This document shows positions 10,768 to 19,598 of a DNA stretch of 64,000 nt, in pieces. The DNA is taken from NCBI GenBank assembly GCA_050331295.1, contig JBHJGZ010000003.1, forward strand, positions 53,459-117,458. Reading direction: 5' to 3'. The position numbers were made by a program, and so were the translations under genes. Origin of the DNA: Myxococcota bacterium. Its GTDB lineage: Bacteria > Myxococcota > Kuafuiibacteriia > Kuafuiibacteriales > Kuafuiibacteriaceae. The notes under the pieces are model-generated. The model saw nothing but the letters and a program-made list of their open reading frames with translations, had not been told where the DNA came from and searched no databases. Position 1 is the stretch's first letter. Each line of letters starts with the position of its first letter.

Positions 10768-11367
10768 TCAACCGGTCTCCGCCGCGGAGTCGGCTCGGAC
10801 CGCCACCCCTTCTCTCAGCCGCTCCAGGTACCTGACCCGTTCCAGGCGCGAAGCGACTTCATCGAGTCCGCCCTCCTGACGGTCGAAGAATGCTTCGGCC
10901 GCCGAAAGCTCGGCCTGGATCGCCGCCTTCAATTCGCGGTCGAGGTCATCGAGCTCTGCATCGGCCGTAGAGTCCAGCCGCTCCCGCAGACTCATCATCT
11001 CCATCAGAAGCTCCGGATCATCGGTTCGACTCGATTCGGAAGACAGATCTCGCCCGAGAAGCTCGAGCAGGTACTGCGCACGACGAGCTGGACGCTTGAC
11101 GACCTCATAGGCATCATTGAGCGCCGTGGTGTGCTGGACGGCCAGCCTCCTCTCGATGCTCGAGCGGCCGGAAAAGCGGTCCGGATGAACACGCTTGGAC
11201 CGGGCTCGGAACGCTCGGTCGACCTCGCGTCGATCAAGGCCCATCCGGCGAGGAAGACCAAGGGCCTGAAAGTGATCCGACGGCTGATGTGCAACCAGCG
11301 CGCCGCAGGATGAACATGTGATGTCTTCACCCGGTGCGGCGCCGCAGGACCAGCATCCATCCTTCAT
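10768..11367 (-). CDS. hscB: Fe-S assembly co-chaperone HscB with N-terminal tetracysteine motif
   Basis: J-domain HPD, RAQYLL and LMEMM motifs; CWSC-x9-CSSC at the N-terminus. Confidence 0.92.
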   Translation of the reverse strand: MKDGCWSCGAAPGEDITCSSCGALVAHQPSDHFQALGLPRRMGLDRREVDRAFRARSKRVHPDRFSGRSSIERRLAVQHTTALNDAYEVVKRPARRAQYLLELLGRDLSSESSRTDDPELLMEMMSLRERLDSTADAELDDLDRELKAAIQAELSAAEAFFDRQEGGLDEVASRLERVRYLERLREGVAVRADSAAETG

Positions 11368-11735
11368 CGCGGCGTGAACGACTCTCCGCAGCCGCAGCCC
11401 TTACCCGCCTGCGGATTGATGAACTTGAAGCCGGACTCCATGAGCCCCTTCACGTAGTCGAGGGTGGAGCCCTGCAGAAACACCATGCTCTTCGGGTCGA
11501 TGTAAACGTGCACGCCATCTTGCACGATGACGTGATCGGTCGTCTTGGGGCTGTCCTCGACGTCCAGAAAGTACTGAAGCCCGCTGCAGCCGCCGCCTCG
11601 AACCCCGACCCGGAGACCCGCACCCTCGGACGCAGCATGCTCCTTCAGATATTTGGCGATGGCCGCGGCGGCCGACGCGGTCACCTCCAATGTTCCGGTA
11701 GCGGCCGGCCGAGGCTGGAGGACGGAAAGAGGCAT
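11364..11735 (-). CDS. iscA: A-type Fe-S carrier IscA
   Basis: GGGCSG and CGCGESF motifs. Confidence 0.93.
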   Translation of the reverse strand: MPLSVLQPRPAATGTLEVTASAAAAIAKYLKEHAASEGAGLRVGVRGGGCSGLQYFLDVEDSPKTTDHVIVQDGVHVYIDPKSMVFLQGSTLDYVKGLMESGFKFINPQAGKGCGCGESFTPR

Positions 11736-11738
11736 GGT

Positions 11739-12143
11739 TCACTTCTCCTCGGCGGACGCCTTGGCGGTCTTCTTCTTCTTCCAGTCGGCCACCGCCGCCT
11801 TGATGGCGTCTTCCGCCAACACGGAGCAGTGCACCTTGACGGGCGGGAGAGCCAGTTCTTCCACAATCGTGGTATTTCGCAGGGTCTCGGCGAAGTCTAG
11901 CGACTTTCCTTTCACCCACTCGGTCACCAGCGAAGAGGACGCGATGGCGGACCCGCATCCGAAGGTCTTGAACTTCGCATCTTCGATGATGCCGTTTTCG
12001 TTCACGCGAATCTGGAGGCGCATCACGTCTCCACAAGCCGGTGCGCCCACCAGGCCCGTTCCGACCGACGGATCCTCCTTGTCCAAGGTGCCGACGTTCC
12101 GGGGGTTCTCGTAGTGGTCGATGACTTTGTCGTTGTAGGCCAT
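11739..12143 (-). CDS. iscU: Fe-S scaffold IscU
   Basis: MAYNDKVIDHYENPRNVG, APACGD, FGCGSAIASSS, LPPVKVHC; AAGGAG SD upstream. Confidence 0.97.
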   Translation of the reverse strand: MAYNDKVIDHYENPRNVGTLDKEDPSVGTGLVGAPACGDVMRLQIRVNENGIIEDAKFKTFGCGSAIASSSLVTEWVKGKSLDFAETLRNTTIVEELALPPVKVHCSVLAEDAIKAAVADWKKKKTAKASAEEK

Positions 12144-12172
12144 TCTGATCTTCTCCTTATCGTTAATCGTGC

Positions 12173-13537
12173 TCAGTGAGCAGCCCATTCAATGGAATTG
12201 AGGTCTATGCCGTCTTTGTGCATTTCGTACAGAGGCGACATCTCGCGGAGTTTCTTGACGCGACTTATGACGAGATCGGCGACGTAGTCGACTTCTTCCT
12301 CGGTGGTGAAACGACCCATGCCGAAGCGAATCGAGCTGTGGCCGAGGTCGTCCCCGACGCCGAGGGCCCTGAGGACGTAGCTCGGTTCCAAGGAGGCCGA
12401 TGTGCATGCAGAGCCGGAGGATACCGCGACGTCCTTGATGGCCATCATCATCGCCTCTCCTTCCACGAAGGCGAACGAGACGTTGATGTTTCCCGGGAGC
12501 CTGCTCTCCGGATGCCCGTTGACGAAGATTTCGTCCAAAGACGCGGACAGCCGATTCCAGAAGCGCTGGCGAAGCGCAGTCAAGCGTTGCGCTTCCTCCG
12601 CCATCTCGCGTTCGCAGATCTCGGCCGCGGCTCCAAGGCCTACAATGCCGGCAACGTTGAGGGTGCCACTCCGCATGCCTCGCTCATGACCTCCGCCGTC
12701 GATGACCGCCTCGAGGCGAACCCGCGGCTTCTTGCGTCGAACAAACAGCGCGCCCACCCCTTTGGGTCCGTACATCTTGTGCCCCGAGATGCACAGCAGG
12801 TCGATGTTCATCTCGTTCACGTCGACCGGAACCTTTCCAACCGCCTGCACCGCGTCGGTGTGGAAGAGTACTCCGTGCTCGCGACAGATCGCCCCGATCT
12901 CTTTGATCGGTTGAATGACACCGATCTCGTTGTTGGCGAACATGATGGAGACCAGGATGGTCTTGTCGGTAATGGCCGCCTTCAAATCTTCGAGCCGGAT
13001 CAACCCGTCCTTCTGCACCGGGAGGTAGGTGACTCGATATCCTTCTTTCTCCAGTCGCTTTGCGCTATCCAGAACCGCTTTGTGCTCGGTGACCGCCGTG
13101 ATGATGTGGTCTCCCCGCTTCTTGAAGTAATTCTGCGCGCCTTCCTGGGCGATGGCTTCGAGATCGAGGGACCCAAACTTACCTGGGACCAACGTTTCGG
13201 CGTTGGGAATCGTGCCCGATGCATGGCCCTTCGCCAACGCGTCCAGCATCAGCTTTTCGGCCTCGGTCATCCCGTACATGTGGGCGACACCCTTGAGGGC
13301 GAGGTTGTCGCCTTCGGTTGCGCCGCTGGTGAAGATGATCTCTTGCGGCGTCGCACCGATCAGCCGAGCGACCTGCTCTCTTGCCCGTTCCACGGCCTCT
13401 TCGGCGACCCATCCGAACTGATGGGACCGACTGGCGGCGTTGCCGAACTGAACGGTCTCGTACGGCGCCATGGCTTCCCGAACGCGGGGGTCCAAGGGCG
13501 TCGTTGAGTTGTAATCCATATATATTGGGGTCTTCAC
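12173..13537 (-). CDS. iscS: Cysteine desulfurase IscS with a 50-aa insertion
   Basis: GTG start; [21 protein letters not shown] (PLP Lys), SSGSACTS (catalytic Cys), SPLYEM; 454 aa. Confidence 0.96.
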   Translation of the reverse strand: MKTPIYMDYNSTTPLDPRVREAMAPYETVQFGNAASRSHQFGWVAEEAVERAREQVARLIGATPQEIIFTSGATEGDNLALKGVAHMYGMTEAEKLMLDALAKGHASGTIPNAETLVPGKFGSLDLEAIAQEGAQNYFKKRGDHIITAVTEHKAVLDSAKRLEKEGYRVTYLPVQKDGLIRLEDLKAAITDKTILVSIMFANNEIGVIQPIKEIGAICREHGVLFHTDAVQAVGKVPVDVNEMNIDLLCISGHKMYGPKGVGALFVRRKKPRVRLEAVIDGGGHERGMRSGTLNVAGIVGLGAAAEICEREMAEEAQRLTALRQRFWNRLSASLDEIFVNGHPESRLPGNINVSFAFVEGEAMMMAIKDVAVSSGSACTSASLEPSYVLRALGVGDDLGHSSIRFGMGRFTTEEEVDYVADLVISRVKKLREMSPLYEMHKDGIDLNSIEWAAH

Positions 13538-13541
13538 ACTT

Positions 13542-14060
13542 TCACCTTTGCTCGCCGTTTCGATGAATGCCGGCGATGAGCACCGGCTGGGATATGCTGT
13601 GGGGTTGCTCGCAGGAACGGCAGCCATCGAGTCCCGAGTGTTCGGCACAGCTGTGGCAGGATTCCAGGTACGACAATCCGGCTTGCAGCTCGTGCTCGAG
13701 AGAAGAAAGCTCTCGAAGCTGTCTTCGCACCTGCTGCAGTTTTTCCACGAACAGTCCTCGGACCTGGATCATCGCGGATGGTCCAGACCCGGCATTTTCC
13801 AGCTGCTCGAGGAAGGCTCGGATGTCCGGGAGGGAAAGACCGAGGAGCTGAAGCCGGTCTATCCACTGAAGGCGAAGGAGCGCATCCCCGGAGTACAGGC
13901 GATGCCCGCCCTCGGTCCGTACCGCCGGACCCAGAAGCTGCATGTCCTCATAAAGGCGAAGCGCTCTCGGGCTTTTCCCGGATCGCCGCGCCAGATCGCC
14001 GATCTTCAGGGTCGCGGGGGCTTCGGCCCGCTGGAACTGAATGTCGATCGACTCGCTCAT
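13542..14060 (-). CDS. MerR-family transcriptional regulator with C-terminal CxxC-x8-CxxC
   Basis: [26 protein letters not shown] wHTH; coiled coil; [16 protein letters not shown]; ends 4 bp before iscS. Confidence 0.92.
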   Translation of the reverse strand: MSESIDIQFQRAEAPATLKIGDLARRSGKSPRALRLYEDMQLLGPAVRTEGGHRLYSGDALLRLQWIDRLQLLGLSLPDIRAFLEQLENAGSGPSAMIQVRGLFVEKLQQVRRQLRELSSLEHELQAGLSYLESCHSCAEHSGLDGCRSCEQPHSISQPVLIAGIHRNGEQR

Positions 14061-14067
14061 GCCTCAA

Positions 14068-14095
14068 AATCTGACCTTAACGTTAACGTCAGATT
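14068..14095. promoter_or_regulatory. 28-bp palindromic operator, probable MerR-family site
   Basis: AATCTGAC-C-TTAACGTTAA-C-GTCAGATT, 13 of 14 positions symmetric, 7 bp upstream of the merR ATG. Confidence 0.8.
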
Positions 14096-14101
14096 GTCCT
14101 G

Positions 14102-14130
14102 GTTCTGCGCTCCTTCGCCCTCCTCGTCAA
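14102..14130 (-). promoter_or_regulatory. Candidate sigma70 promoter of the merR-isc operon
   Basis: Minus strand TTGACG-N17-CAGAAC; predicted +1 near 14095, at the edge of the palindrome. Confidence 0.45.
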
Positions 14131-14192
14131 GCAAGGAAGGTCCCTTTCGACTCGATTGCCTCGGGTGGCGGCCTCTCGAAGCGTCTCCGGCG

Positions 14193-15239
14193 TCAATCCT
14201 TGGCTTGACCTAGGCGTTCACCCTTATACCGCGACGCGTGAATCGCCTCCCACCACGCCCGGTGCTCGAGATACCACCGCACCGTCTTCTCCAGGCCTGA
14301 GGCGAAGGTCTCCTCGGGTTTCCACCCTAGCTCCCGGCCGACCTTCCCGGCGTCGATGGCATACCGTTTGTCGTGCCCCGGTCGATCCTTCACGAAGGTC
14401 ACGAGCTCACGGCGAGGGCCTTCGGGCCGGGGCTCCACTCTGTCCAATAGATCGCAGACCGCGTACACCACGTCGAGATTGGGGACTTCGTTGTGTCCTC
14501 CGATGTTGTAGACCTCGCCCGGAGATCCTTGCGTCAACACGAGGTGCAGCGCGCGGGCGTGATCTTCGACGTGAAGCCAATCTCGGACGTTGTCTCCCTT
14601 TCCGTAGACCGGGAGCGGCTGGCCCAGCAGACCGTTGATGATCATCAGCGGAATCAGCTTCTCGGGGAACTGGAACGGGCCATAGTTGTTCGAGCAGTTG
14701 CTCGTCACCGTCGGGAGACCAAAGGTGTGGTACCAAGCCCGAACCAGGTGGTCCGAGCCGGCCTTCGACGCCGAATAGGGGGAGTTTGGCGCATATGGCG
14801 TGTTCTCCGTGAACAGCCCCTCGGAGCCCAGCGAACCGTAGACCTCGTCCGTCGACACGTGATGGAATCGAAAATTCGAGCGATCCTCGAGCGATCGATA
14901 ATACTCGAGAGAGGCTTCGAGCATCGTATACGTACCGACTACGTTGGTTTGGATGAACACCGCGGGGCTATCGATGCTGCGGTCCACGTGAGATTCGGCT
15001 GCGAGGTGCATCACGGCGTCCGGTCGATGCTCTCGAAAGATGCGACGAACAGACGCCCCGTCGCAGATGTCCACCTTCTCGAACCGATAACGCTCGTCCC
15101 CGGCCACGGCGTCGAGAGCTCCCGGCGTGGCGGCGTAGGTCATCTTGTCGACGTTGACGACCGAGACCGACTGACCGATGAGATGACGAATCACGGCGGA
15201 TCCGATGAAGCCGCATCCACCGGTGACGAGTACTTTCAT
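14193..15239 (-). CDS. rfbB: dTDP-glucose 4,6-dehydratase
   Basis: [43 protein letters not shown]. Confidence 0.96.
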   Translation of the reverse strand: MKVLVTGGCGFIGSAVIRHLIGQSVSVVNVDKMTYAATPGALDAVAGDERYRFEKVDICDGASVRRIFREHRPDAVMHLAAESHVDRSIDSPAVFIQTNVVGTYTMLEASLEYYRSLEDRSNFRFHHVSTDEVYGSLGSEGLFTENTPYAPNSPYSASKAGSDHLVRAWYHTFGLPTVTSNCSNNYGPFQFPEKLIPLMIINGLLGQPLPVYGKGDNVRDWLHVEDHARALHLVLTQGSPGEVYNIGGHNEVPNLDVVYAVCDLLDRVEPRPEGPRRELVTFVKDRPGHDKRYAIDAGKVGRELGWKPEETFASGLEKTVRWYLEHRAWWEAIHASRYKGERLGQAKD

Positions 15240-16071
15240 GTCTGAGCCATTAACGACCAACGACCCCCAAAACAAGGATGCCCTCCTCGAGGCCGTGGCT
15301 TCCCTCACCGAGGAGGCGGGCCACGCCATCATGGAGGTCTACGGCACAACCATCCAGACCGAGGCCAAGTCGGATGGCTCACCGATCACCGAAGCAGACC
15401 TTCGGTCTCAGACCATTCTGGCCGAGGCGCTCCCCCGTCTCCTGCCCGTTCCGCTCCTTTCGGAAGAGCAAGAAGCCGTGCCGATCGAGGCCCGAAGATC
15501 GTGGAACCGCTTTTGGCTGGTGGACCCGCTGGACGGAACCAAGGACTTCGTCCAGCGCACGGGAGACTTCTCGGTGTGCGTGGCGCTGATCGAGGAGGGC
15601 CAGCCGGTGTTGGGCGTGATCCACGGACCCGTCTCGGGGACCACGTGGATGGCTCGCCTCGGCTCCGGCGTTCGGCGCCGCTCGATCGGCGCCGAAACGG
15701 TGCCGGTGCCTCCCCCTTCCCCTTCGGAACCACCCAAAGTGGGTCTGGTCAGTCGCTTTCATCGGGCCGGCGGCGGCACCGATGCCTACCTTGCGCGTCT
15801 CGGTATCGAACGCACCGAGCCGGTGGGCTCGGCCCTCAAGTTCTGTCGGATGGCCGAAGGCTGGGCCGACATCTACGTTCGTCTCGGTCCCACGATGGAG
15901 TGGGACGTGGGGGCTGGGGACATCATCGTGCGCGAGGCGGGCCTGGAACTGGTCTCCATCCCCGAAGGCGCCCGCTTGGCCTACAACACCGAAACCCTAA
16001 GAAACCCGCACTTCATGGTGCGCCGTCCCTCGGCGACACCTCCCCTTGCCCCTGAACCGCCTGATCGATGA
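15238..16071 (+). CDS. cysQ: 3'(2'),5'-bisphosphate nucleotidase CysQ
   Basis: [42 protein letters not shown]. Start at ATG 15238 or a later GTG. Confidence 0.92.
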   Translation: MSEPLTTNDPQNKDALLEAVASLTEEAGHAIMEVYGTTIQTEAKSDGSPITEADLRSQTILAEALPRLLPVPLLSEEQEAVPIEARRSWNRFWLVDPLDGTKDFVQRTGDFSVCVALIEEGQPVLGVIHGPVSGTTWMARLGSGVRRRSIGAETVPVPPPSPSEPPKVGLVSRFHRAGGGTDAYLARLGIERTEPVGSALKFCRMAEGWADIYVRLGPTMEWDVGAGDIIVREAGLELVSIPEGARLAYNTETLRNPHFMVRRPSATPPLAPEPPDR

Positions 16072-17278
16072 GCTTCCTCAGTCTCCGCAATTCTTCCGGA
16101 CGGGAGACGAGGGCTGGATTGAGTTCGAGGTAGGCGACGTCCTGCTCGGCTCGGCGTAGGTCACCCAGTTTCAGGGCACACTCGGCCCGGAATCTCCGTG
16201 CCTCGTGACCGACCACGGTGCTGGCACCGAACATGATCGAGGCCGAATAGTGCGGTATCGCCGAGCGACAATCGCCCAGCTTCCGAAACAGCGTCGCCAG
16301 GGTGAAGTGAACCGAACGACCTCTTTCTCCCTCGACGTTGGAAAGAAGTCGCCGACACGCGGCAACCGCGTCGACATATGCCTGGGCCGCGATCAAGGCA
16401 TTGCATTCAAGATCCTGGGCCAGAAACAGCTCGTGGCGCGTGCGGGCCCGCTCCCGGGCCTTCCGAGCGTGTTCCGCCCCCCGAAGCGGATGCCCCTCCA
16501 CCACGAAAGCTCGACGGGCCATCTCCAGGTGCGTCATGAACGACGAGGCCGGCTTCCGGATCCGGACCTCCACCTCCCCCATCGTCGACGACCGGTCCGC
16601 GACGTTCGGTCGAACAGGAGCGCGCGCTCGAGTCGGAGCCGGCGCAGCGCGTGGCTTTTTCGAGACCGTCTGGGTGCTCGCAGGTGGGGATAGGGGGGGA
16701 GGCTGCGCGGGCCTTCGAGTGGGCTGCCCGGCATGGTTCGACGCGTCCGCGGCCGTACGGTCGAAGCGCGAGGCGGCGAAGACCAGGCCCGACGCCTCCG
16801 CCCAGCGAAATGGCTCCGGCTCAGGGTCGACGAAGGCGAACCCCTCTCGAACCCCATCCCCGAGGTCATCCGGCGTACACTGCAGCGGCTTCGCGGGCAC
16901 GAAGCGCTGGATCCAGCCGGTGGCGAGGGCTTCGTCTGCGTTCGCCTCGGTCGAGGTCACGCGGGCACGGTGAACGATCCACCCTGCGGGCGCCGACACG
17001 AGGACCGCGGCCACCACCGCCCATCCTCCCACACCCTTTCGCCGGCGCCCCTGGTCGGTCCGCGCACGGCTCCATCGGTCCAGCGTCTTGATCTCGAGGC
17101 GGCGAGCCGACAGCTCATCGATGGACGTGGCATCCACGAATAGGCCGGATATCTGAGCAATCCGGGCCTTGTCGGCGCGACACGATCTGCACGCATCGAG
17201 GTGTCTCTGCTCCGCGGAGGTCGGGACCGCGTTCTGAGCCAACTCCGCGAGCCGACCGGGTTGGACATGTCCCCGCAC
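16013..17278 (-). CDS. zf-HC2 (anti-sigma-like) membrane protein with C-terminal TPR-like repeats
   Basis: N-terminal H..HLDACRSC zinc motif; one TM; Pro-rich linker; TPR-like helices; GGAG upstream of the GTG. Confidence 0.65.
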   Translation of the reverse strand: MRGHVQPGRLAELAQNAVPTSAEQRHLDACRSCRADKARIAQISGLFVDATSIDELSARRLEIKTLDRWSRARTDQGRRRKGVGGWAVVAAVLVSAPAGWIVHRARVTSTEANADEALATGWIQRFVPAKPLQCTPDDLGDGVREGFAFVDPEPEPFRWAEASGLVFAASRFDRTAADASNHAGQPTRRPAQPPPLSPPASTQTVSKKPRAAPAPTRARAPVRPNVADRSSTMGEVEVRIRKPASSFMTHLEMARRAFVVEGHPLRGAEHARKARERARTRHELFLAQDLECNALIAAQAYVDAVAACRRLLSNVEGERGRSVHFTLATLFRKLGDCRSAIPHYSASIMFGASTVVGHEARRFRAECALKLGDLRRAEQDVAYLELNPALVSRPEELRRLRKLIDQAVQGQGEVSPRDGAP

Positions 17279-17351
17279 TCCTTTCTCCGTGCCTTCATGG
17301 CGCTGAGATGTTCACGGTTCGGCGCACGAAATGCTGAAAACGTCTCGGCCG

Positions 17352-17987
17352 TCAGCCCTGCGCACCGCGCACGCCCCTTCGCGGGGCCCCGGCGCGTCGG
17401 CGGGACCTCGGATTGCACGTCAGGAAGCGGAATGTGACGTTGATGCGTTCGGTCGTCACGGTGCTTTGTCGCGGCACCCCGTGGCGCCATCCATGTTGGG
17501 TACTTCCACCCATGACCAGGAGACTGCCTGGTTCGAGCCAAACGGTGCGTCGATCCCGACCACGCTTCGGCGCCAACACGAATCGACGTCGGGCGCCCAG
17601 GGACACCGCTGCGATGCTCGGGCATCGACCAAGCTCGGGTTCGTCGTCGGCGTGCATCCCCATATGGTCCTGTCCATCGCGGTAGCGGTTCAAAAGCGCA
17701 TGGTTGTAAAGCACGCCGGTTCGGAGGACGACGCGGTGGAGGAGTTCGTTCAGACTCCGCGTCCAAGGACGCGGCTCCAGTGTCTGTCCCGAGTATCGAT
17801 AGGGCAGGCCACCGGCCCAGTCGATCAAGCGAGGCTGCATGACGTCTCGACCGAAGACCTGGATGGCCCGGGCCTGCCAACACTGTTCCCGGATCAATCG
17901 GTCGAGCCAGGTATCCGGCTCATCCAACCACTCCAGGTACATGTCGAGATAGGCACCACGACCGAGCTCGGTTCGAATCCGGTGCAT
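17352..17987 (-). CDS. AlkB-family 2OG-Fe(II) dioxygenase (ALKBH2/3-like)
   Basis: YRYSG, LLNRYRDG, HADDE (HxD), WRHGVP, RINVTFR. Confidence 0.92.
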   Translation of the reverse strand: MHRIRTELGRGAYLDMYLEWLDEPDTWLDRLIREQCWQARAIQVFGRDVMQPRLIDWAGGLPYRYSGQTLEPRPWTRSLNELLHRVVLRTGVLYNHALLNRYRDGQDHMGMHADDEPELGRCPSIAAVSLGARRRFVLAPKRGRDRRTVWLEPGSLLVMGGSTQHGWRHGVPRQSTVTTERINVTFRFLTCNPRSRRRAGAPRRGVRGAQG

Positions 17988-18030
17988 GGCGTCGGCGGCG
18001 CTACCACGACGCCTGCATTCCGGCCAAGGC

Positions 18031-19581
18031 ATGAGCCTGATAGGCTTCGGGAAACGGATGCGCCCCGCCCCTCCAGTCGAGCTTCCGAAACCCTTCGGAC
18101 GCTATGTACTCGAGCGCCTCCTCTCCCGGGGCGGCATGGGAGACGTGTACACCGCCATCGCGCGGGGCGTGCACAAGCGATGCGTTCTCAAGACGATTCG
18201 ACCCGACCTCATCGGCGAAGCCGAATTCATCGGCCGCTTCACGGACGAAGCGAAGATCATGGTTCGAATGGACCACCCGAACGTGATTCGGGTCTTCGAT
18301 TGCGGCAAATTCAAGGATGAGTACTACATCGCGATGGAATACGTGCACGGCCGGGACCTCGGCGATGTCCTCGACCGCGCATATGAACGCGCCGAACGAC
18401 TTCCGGTTTCCGTCGGCCTGTACCTCGCAGAGCAGATTGCGCTCGGGCTCACCCATGTGCACGGCCTCAAAGACGAGCAGGGGCGACACATGGGGCTCGT
18501 GCACAGAGACGTCTCTCCTCAGAACATCCTGGTCGGCTTCGACGGAAGCGTACAGCTGATCGATTTCGGCTTGGCCCGGACCGACCTCCTTCCCAATCGA
18601 ACGCAGGGTGCGCTCGCCGTCGGCAAGTTCGGGTACATGAGTCCGGAGCAGGCCCGACACCAAACCATCGATGGTCGTGCCGATGTGTATGCGGCCGGGG
18701 TCACACTGTTCGAAGTCTTCACGGGAGAACGGTTGGTCGACGAGAGTGACCAGAAGACGCTTTGGAAGCGGGTTCTCGCCCCTCAGCATCGAAAACCAAG
18801 CTCCGTGGTCCCCACCCTCCCCCGGGCTGTGGACGAGCTCATCGAAACCGCGGTCGCCGTCCTGCCGGGGGAGCGATTTGCAACCGCCGAGCACATGGCG
18901 TCTTTCGCGCGCCATGCTCAGATTCATCCCAAACCGCAGGCTCTGTTGATGGAGTGTCTCCGTCACCTCTATCCAGGGATCGACCCGAAGCCTCCGCCAA
19001 TTCCGAGCCTGAGTTCAGACCTACCCGCCGACGTCTCGCTGATCATCGCGAGCTCGCGGGAAAGGCAGCTTTCCGTATTCGGCCGGGGCGCGCTCCCGGT
19101 GGAAGGCACCTTGGACTTCGAGGCGCATCACGTACCGAGGCTTCAGAGCGACAGCACCGACACCGGACACTGGAGTGAGCCTCGACCCGCCAGTTTGTCC
19201 TCTTCGTTCGATCTGGCGGACCCCACCGAAACCCAGCTGGAGCCCCCGCCGATGGCGGAACACGAGACGACCTCGGACGGCTTCGACGACGCCGAGACGC
19301 TGGTCTCCCGCGCCCCGCCCTCACCGGGGTCACCCACCTCCCCCGTCCCGCCCCTACCCGAGTCACCCCGCTTCGTGCCCCGGAGTGGGGCCAAGGTGAC
19401 TGCGGTGAAGCGGACCATCCGGGAACGACGAGCGCCCCAGGTGGCTGCGAACCTCGGGCAGGCCGCTCCGGACGCGACCTCGACGGATGCCCAAGGCACG
19501 CGTTGGGACGCACGCCGCACGCTCACCGCCCTGCTCTTGGGCGCCGTGCTGGGAGCGCTCGCGGCGTCTTGGGTCTTTTGA
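18031..19581 (+). CDS. Ser/Thr protein kinase with C-terminal TM
   Basis: GGMGDVY, VLK, HRDVSPQN, DFG, YMSPEQ all intact. Start uncertain (17986/18031/18058). Confidence 0.92.
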   Translation: MSLIGFGKRMRPAPPVELPKPFGRYVLERLLSRGGMGDVYTAIARGVHKRCVLKTIRPDLIGEAEFIGRFTDEAKIMVRMDHPNVIRVFDCGKFKDEYYIAMEYVHGRDLGDVLDRAYERAERLPVSVGLYLAEQIALGLTHVHGLKDEQGRHMGLVHRDVSPQNILVGFDGSVQLIDFGLARTDLLPNRTQGALAVGKFGYMSPEQARHQTIDGRADVYAAGVTLFEVFTGERLVDESDQKTLWKRVLAPQHRKPSSVVPTLPRAVDELIETAVAVLPGERFATAEHMASFARHAQIHPKPQALLMECLRHLYPGIDPKPPPIPSLSSDLPADVSLIIASSRERQLSVFGRGALPVEGTLDFEAHHVPRLQSDSTDTGHWSEPRPASLSSSFDLADPTETQLEPPPMAEHETTSDGFDDAETLVSRAPPSPGSPTSPVPPLPESPRFVPRSGAKVTAVKRTIRERRAPQVAANLGQAAPDATSTDAQGTRWDARRTLTALLLGAVLGALAASWVF

Positions 19582-19598
19582 ACCGAAGCGTCCGCGAC

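Noticed and set aside
13124-13273. IscS insertion as an intein or intron
   Set aside because: Too short, no N-terminal Cys/Ser or C-terminal His-Asn, and it is in frame with host-like codons.
17985-18033. Head-to-head ATG overlaps at CATG (also at 39730-39733)
   Set aside because: An artefact of the CATG palindrome; better downstream starts leave normal intergenic gaps.
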